A stretch of DNA of 63,935 nt, filler included, from Craspedostauros australis (lineage: Eukaryota), in the NCBI GenBank assembly GCA_030167865.1. It is 10 parts of 10 records of this genome, joined end to end, with 100 filler letters (N's around TTAATTAATTAA, not from the genome) between each part and the next. Parts side by side here need not be neighbours in the genome. Positions count along the whole stretch, not along the records: positions 58,048 to 62,568 come from JALAGF010003822.1; positions 62,669 to 63,935 come from JALAGF010003953.1; 8 more parts are not named here. One strand, 5' to 3'. This document shows, one piece after another, positions 60,120 to 63,935 of the stretch. Below the pieces are notes generated by a model, which made no database searches, was not told where the DNA came from, and worked only from the letters and a program-made list of their open reading frames with translations. The position numbers and the translations under genes were made by a program. Every line of letters begins with the position of its first letter. Within the stretch, counting starts at the first letter, position 1.

Positions 60120-61049
60120 TCACATGTCATTGCCATGATTCCCATGTTCCATTTCGTACAAACGCAGCAGCGACTCACCCGTGGGAAACAGCTTGCTGTT
60201 GGAGGTGCGGCCATCAAACTTGGTCTTTGTGAAGGAACGCCACAAGTGGAGATGTGCACGTGGAAGGCAACGTAGTGTGTCCATTGCAGGCGGTCTGGGA
60301 AGTCGGATGGCATGATCATGAAGCCTTGGAACAGCATGGAGACACCAAACCACCCTGCCACGAGCGTCATGTTGAGAAGGTACCAGAAGAGTTAGTTGAA
60401 CTTGAGCATTGCCATGATAATGAACGAGGCGAGGAATGCCAGCAACCCAGTGCCTGAGATCGAATCAAAACCTTGCATCATTTGGTAGACAATGGGATGG
60501 CAGTAGTCATTGAGCAGCTCCTTGTCGAAGATGCTGTGCACGATGACCACGAAGGGCAGCATGGCGACCCTCATGAAGATGAAGAAATCCACACAGTAGA
60601 ACAGCACTGCTGCACGCAAAAGGATACTCTCATGGTCATCGCGTTCACCGAGCTCCCAAAACAGCGCACTGACCAGCAATACCAGCATTGAGTGCATTGC
60701 ATGACAACGCGTGCGAAGAGGATGCCTGGGTTGAGCCAGATGTGTTGGGCCAGACGTTGATGAAGTACCAGGACGTCAATTCCATGATTGCCGCTAATCT
60801 GCGCAAACGGAGCAAGTCCTGCTGTTCCTCATGCATGAGCTATTGTTGGCTGTAGGTGCGCTGTACGATTGCTTACGTGCTTCAGTGCTTCATACTGAAG
60901 CAGCTATCACCATCAACGAATGCCTCACCATTCTCCGCTGGAACATTCTGCGGTCAACCACTGAAGGGCTTGGCCCATTCGTGGACCGTCTTCTTGTGGA
61001 TGCGGGCGTCATCGTCGACCATGGTGACGTAATGATCGGCATGAGTTAG
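60120..61049 (-). pseudogene. Decayed ABCG/White-family transporter membrane-domain pseudogene
   Basis: Fragments NPGILFARV, LFYCVDFFIFMRVAMLPF..FDKELLNDY, LFQGFMIMPSDFPDRLQWTHYVAFH with stops and frameshifts; boundaries approximate. Confidence 0.75.
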
Positions 61050-62239
61050 GATTCGAGCTCAGTCGGCGCGAATCGGTAGGAGATGCCTCGTGAACTGCCA
61101 GTTTCGGGATAACCGTGAAATGCAGTTCAAGAGGGGTGTACTTGTCAGAAGATGTGTTACTGTAATGATGAGTAGATGAGTGCTTTCGTACTAATCTCTG
61201 TCTGTGTTATTATGAGTTAGCTAGTGGTCTTGGTAGGATGAAGATACGATGTCACACAACTTGATAGGGCCCTGCACTGATTAACTTAGTTCAGTGCTGA
61301 GGGCTGACGTTGATTGTAGCTCCTTTTTCTCTTCACACGTAGTCACACTGCAGTATAGGCCATGACGCTTCAGTTGAGATGGTCATACCGCAATGGCTGT
61401 GGTTGGAGTTCACCTTCGGATTCCCTTGCTTGAGTTGAAGCGAGTTGGATATGCCTGCCATGACTACGACAATGGCGTAGTAGTCATTGGCATGGAGGGA
61501 ATCGAGGTATGTTGTAGTGAAAGGATTTGAGGAGCATATAGTTCCCAAAGTGAAGCTGAGTCAGATCGGCCATGGCATGCGTCAGGACTGATTCGTGAAT
61601 GGAAGAGAGAAAGGGGGAGGATAGATTCTGGTGATCGATCAAGTCGGAAGATTTCGCGCCAAAACAAGAATTTCTCCCATTGGAGGAAAACACCCTATCT
61701 GATGATAGTCTGTCCCTTATTGAATCTCGACTTAGGTAGTCTGTCCCTGATTGGACTCCAACTTCCTGTGTTTTTGCTGTTCTCGATGACAAATGATGAG
61801 ACCAAATTTCCATCTTGTTTCACACTTTCCTTTCTCCATTTTTGCATTCACGCTTCGCGTTCGATGTTCCACTCGTACAATTCTCTTCATGTGGTGTGCG
61901 ACTGATATGTTGCCGATCTTCATGTGGTGTGCCACTGACTTGTTGTGGTTCCTCATGCAGCTTCAGAGTATCTGTGATTCCTGACAGATGTCACCAGTCG
62001 GGAAGGTTCCAGGTTGTGGAGGTTCCAGGTCGTGAAGGAGCTTTGGCCTCCTGGGCATCATGCCATTCCCCTACCATGCTGCCTCATGCACAACATCGAA
62101 CACACACACAAAATGATCCAAACAAACAACAAACCAAACTCTTCATCTCATAAATCCATCCAAGTCGTCAACCAATCACACCAAACAAACAACTATCAAC
62201 CCTGAACGATCAATCACCAACCACCAAGTACCAACAACC

Positions 62240-62568
62240 ATGATCTACACCAAGACAGCTTTCGTCGCATTTCTCGCTCTCGCCAAGACGGCAACGGTCC
62301 ACGCCGTGCTCCGCGGCAGCAGGACTCCCGTGGATCCAACCGAGGAACTCCACACAGCGATGAACAAGATCCGCATCCTCAAGGACGCCGACGGTGACAC
62401 GAACACCAACAAGGGCAACAAGAACAACCAAGTGCCACCCACTGAAAACCCGGCTGATCCAGAAACGACCGTGCTAACCGCCTTGCCGACCTCCCAGCCC
62501 ACTCGCCTGCCAACATCCAAACCATCAGCTGCCCCAGTGGTCTTCGATTCCACCATCGAGGTCATTTG
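62240..62568 (+). CDS. Secreted protein N-terminus (signal peptide, LRG motif, PTSxP repeats); cut by gap
   Basis: MIYTKTAFVAFLALAKTATVHAVLRG...LPTSQPTRLPTSKPSAAP. Confidence 0.7.
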
Positions 62569-62668
62569 NNNNNNNNNNNNNNNNNNNNNNNNNNNNNNNN
62601 NNNNNNNNNNNNTTAATTAATTAANNNNNNNNNNNNNNNNNNNNNNNNNNNNNNNNNNNNNNNNNNNN

Positions 62669-63913
62669 ATGGCCAAGCCGAAACGTTGGGTATACAGTTG
62701 CTCACAGGTGCAACTACTTAAAACGCACATCCAGACCGGAGCCATCCGACCCGAGTGGACCGCAAAAGAGGTGTGGAACAACTCCGAAATCGCACGCCAA
62801 TTCATCCAAAGCGAATTTCCCCGGAATCTGTCGAATCTGCGTGCGAAGGTCAGACAGGAGCAAAGTAAGTACCTTGGATTCATGACGTGTGCAATCATGA
62901 TTTGCTCGACTACTGTGTGCGTGACTCATAAAACGTGACTAAAATTTTTTTACTCGTGATTGGGGTTTTCAGTCCAGAGAGACGCCAACGAATCTCCAAC
63001 CGTGTCGGAGCTTGCTGCGCACGCGAAATCGATTCGGGAAGCTTCTCGAATGGTCCGGAACGACATCAACCTGACGAACCTAGACAACAACAACAACAAC
63101 GCAACAACGCAGCCACCACCACCATCGCAACAAACAAACACCATGAAACACCCTCCTTCACCACCAGTCGCCACCACTGACGCCGATGTCATGAAGTGGC
63201 TCGACGCAAACAACAACCACGCTCTGCCCGTCACGCGCACATTCTACCGCAACGCGAATGGCGAGCGTATCATCGACCTCACCTTCGAACTCACTGGTGG
63301 CACTTGCCACAAAGACCTTCGTGTGCATGTTGCGCCTGGGGGCATGTCTGTTGTGCTTGAAGTTGCACAAAATGCTGCTGTTGCAAACATCGAACGTGTT
63401 CACGACCATTTGCGCGATGAGTTTACGGTTGCGAACGGTCTTTGGGTGTCTCCCTTCAACGACGAGAAGGCACGTGCAGATGCAAGCAAGACATCATTGT
63501 CGCGTATGAAACAGCGCAATGGAGCACCAGTGCGCACACAAACTGTCGATTTGCCGTTCGCTGTGACAAATCGATGGGAACGCGCTGACGATCGCGTTCT
63601 CAACGGGATCAACTACCTTGAACTTGAAGTTCCAACGAACGACAAAGAAGCTTTGGTGCGGGCGCCTGTGCTTATCGTCCGTGTTGTTGAGCAAAACAGT
63701 TCTCATCCCATCGTCTCTATCGTTCCCAAAGCTCGTTCTCCACATAATCGCCCTGTGTTCGCTGGCTTGTCGCGGGTTGGGGCGACTAAGCCCCAATTCC
63801 GTGTTGACATCAACACGCGTCATACATGTCTTCCCTCCCGTTGCGATGACTCCAGCATCGGTACTGGGACATTTCTTCAAGCGAAGACATACGAGAAGCC
63901 AGCCGCGATAGAG
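62669..63913 (+). CDS. Uncharacterised spliced gene (exons 62669-62864, 62973-63913; continues beyond window)
   Basis: Phase-1 intron A|gtaagt...ttttcag|TC gives a continuous frame to a further GAG|gtaagt donor at 63914; second exon is absent from the ORF track because it has no stop in the window. Confidence 0.65.
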
Positions 63914-63935
63914 GTAAGTAAAAGCAGAATGACCC

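Noticed and set aside
61125..61260. AAGAGGGG followed by TG, like a polypurine tract and LTR start
   Set aside because: No identifiable LTR end, second LTR, TSD or pol sequence
61330..61960. Possible decayed retroelement fragment with a 33-bp-period direct repeat near 61885-61940
   Set aside because: No recognisable motif; two short copies only

Overview
Eukaryotic nuclear DNA, most likely a pennate diatom (frustulin gene, GT-AG introns, diatom-type LRR and retroelement families). It consists of about ten contigs joined by artificial 100-bp N-TTAATTAATTAA-N spacers, and several contig ends repeat each other, so order and orientation across spacers are unreliable. Genes: three kinase-less type-II membrane LRR genes (one circularly permuted or tandem, one with an in-frame TGA), NDUFB9, a HAD-ankyrin fusion, a claudin-like 4-TM protein, a frustulin, FkbM and UbiE/MenG methyltransferases, a FAAL-ACP-Pls-like membrane synthetase, a STAND ATPase-TPR gene and a flavin-dependent oxidoreductase. 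Mobile and decayed sequence: an apparently intact LINE (PHD ORF1; APE-RT-RNaseH-CCHC ORF2) and decayed Harbinger and ABCG relics. The most striking observation is a 150-bp TG...CA solo-LTR-like element with a perfect 5-bp target duplication (54010-54159). It sits inside the STAND ATPase exon and carries a TATA box followed by a complete long-variable-arm tRNA-like cloverleaf.
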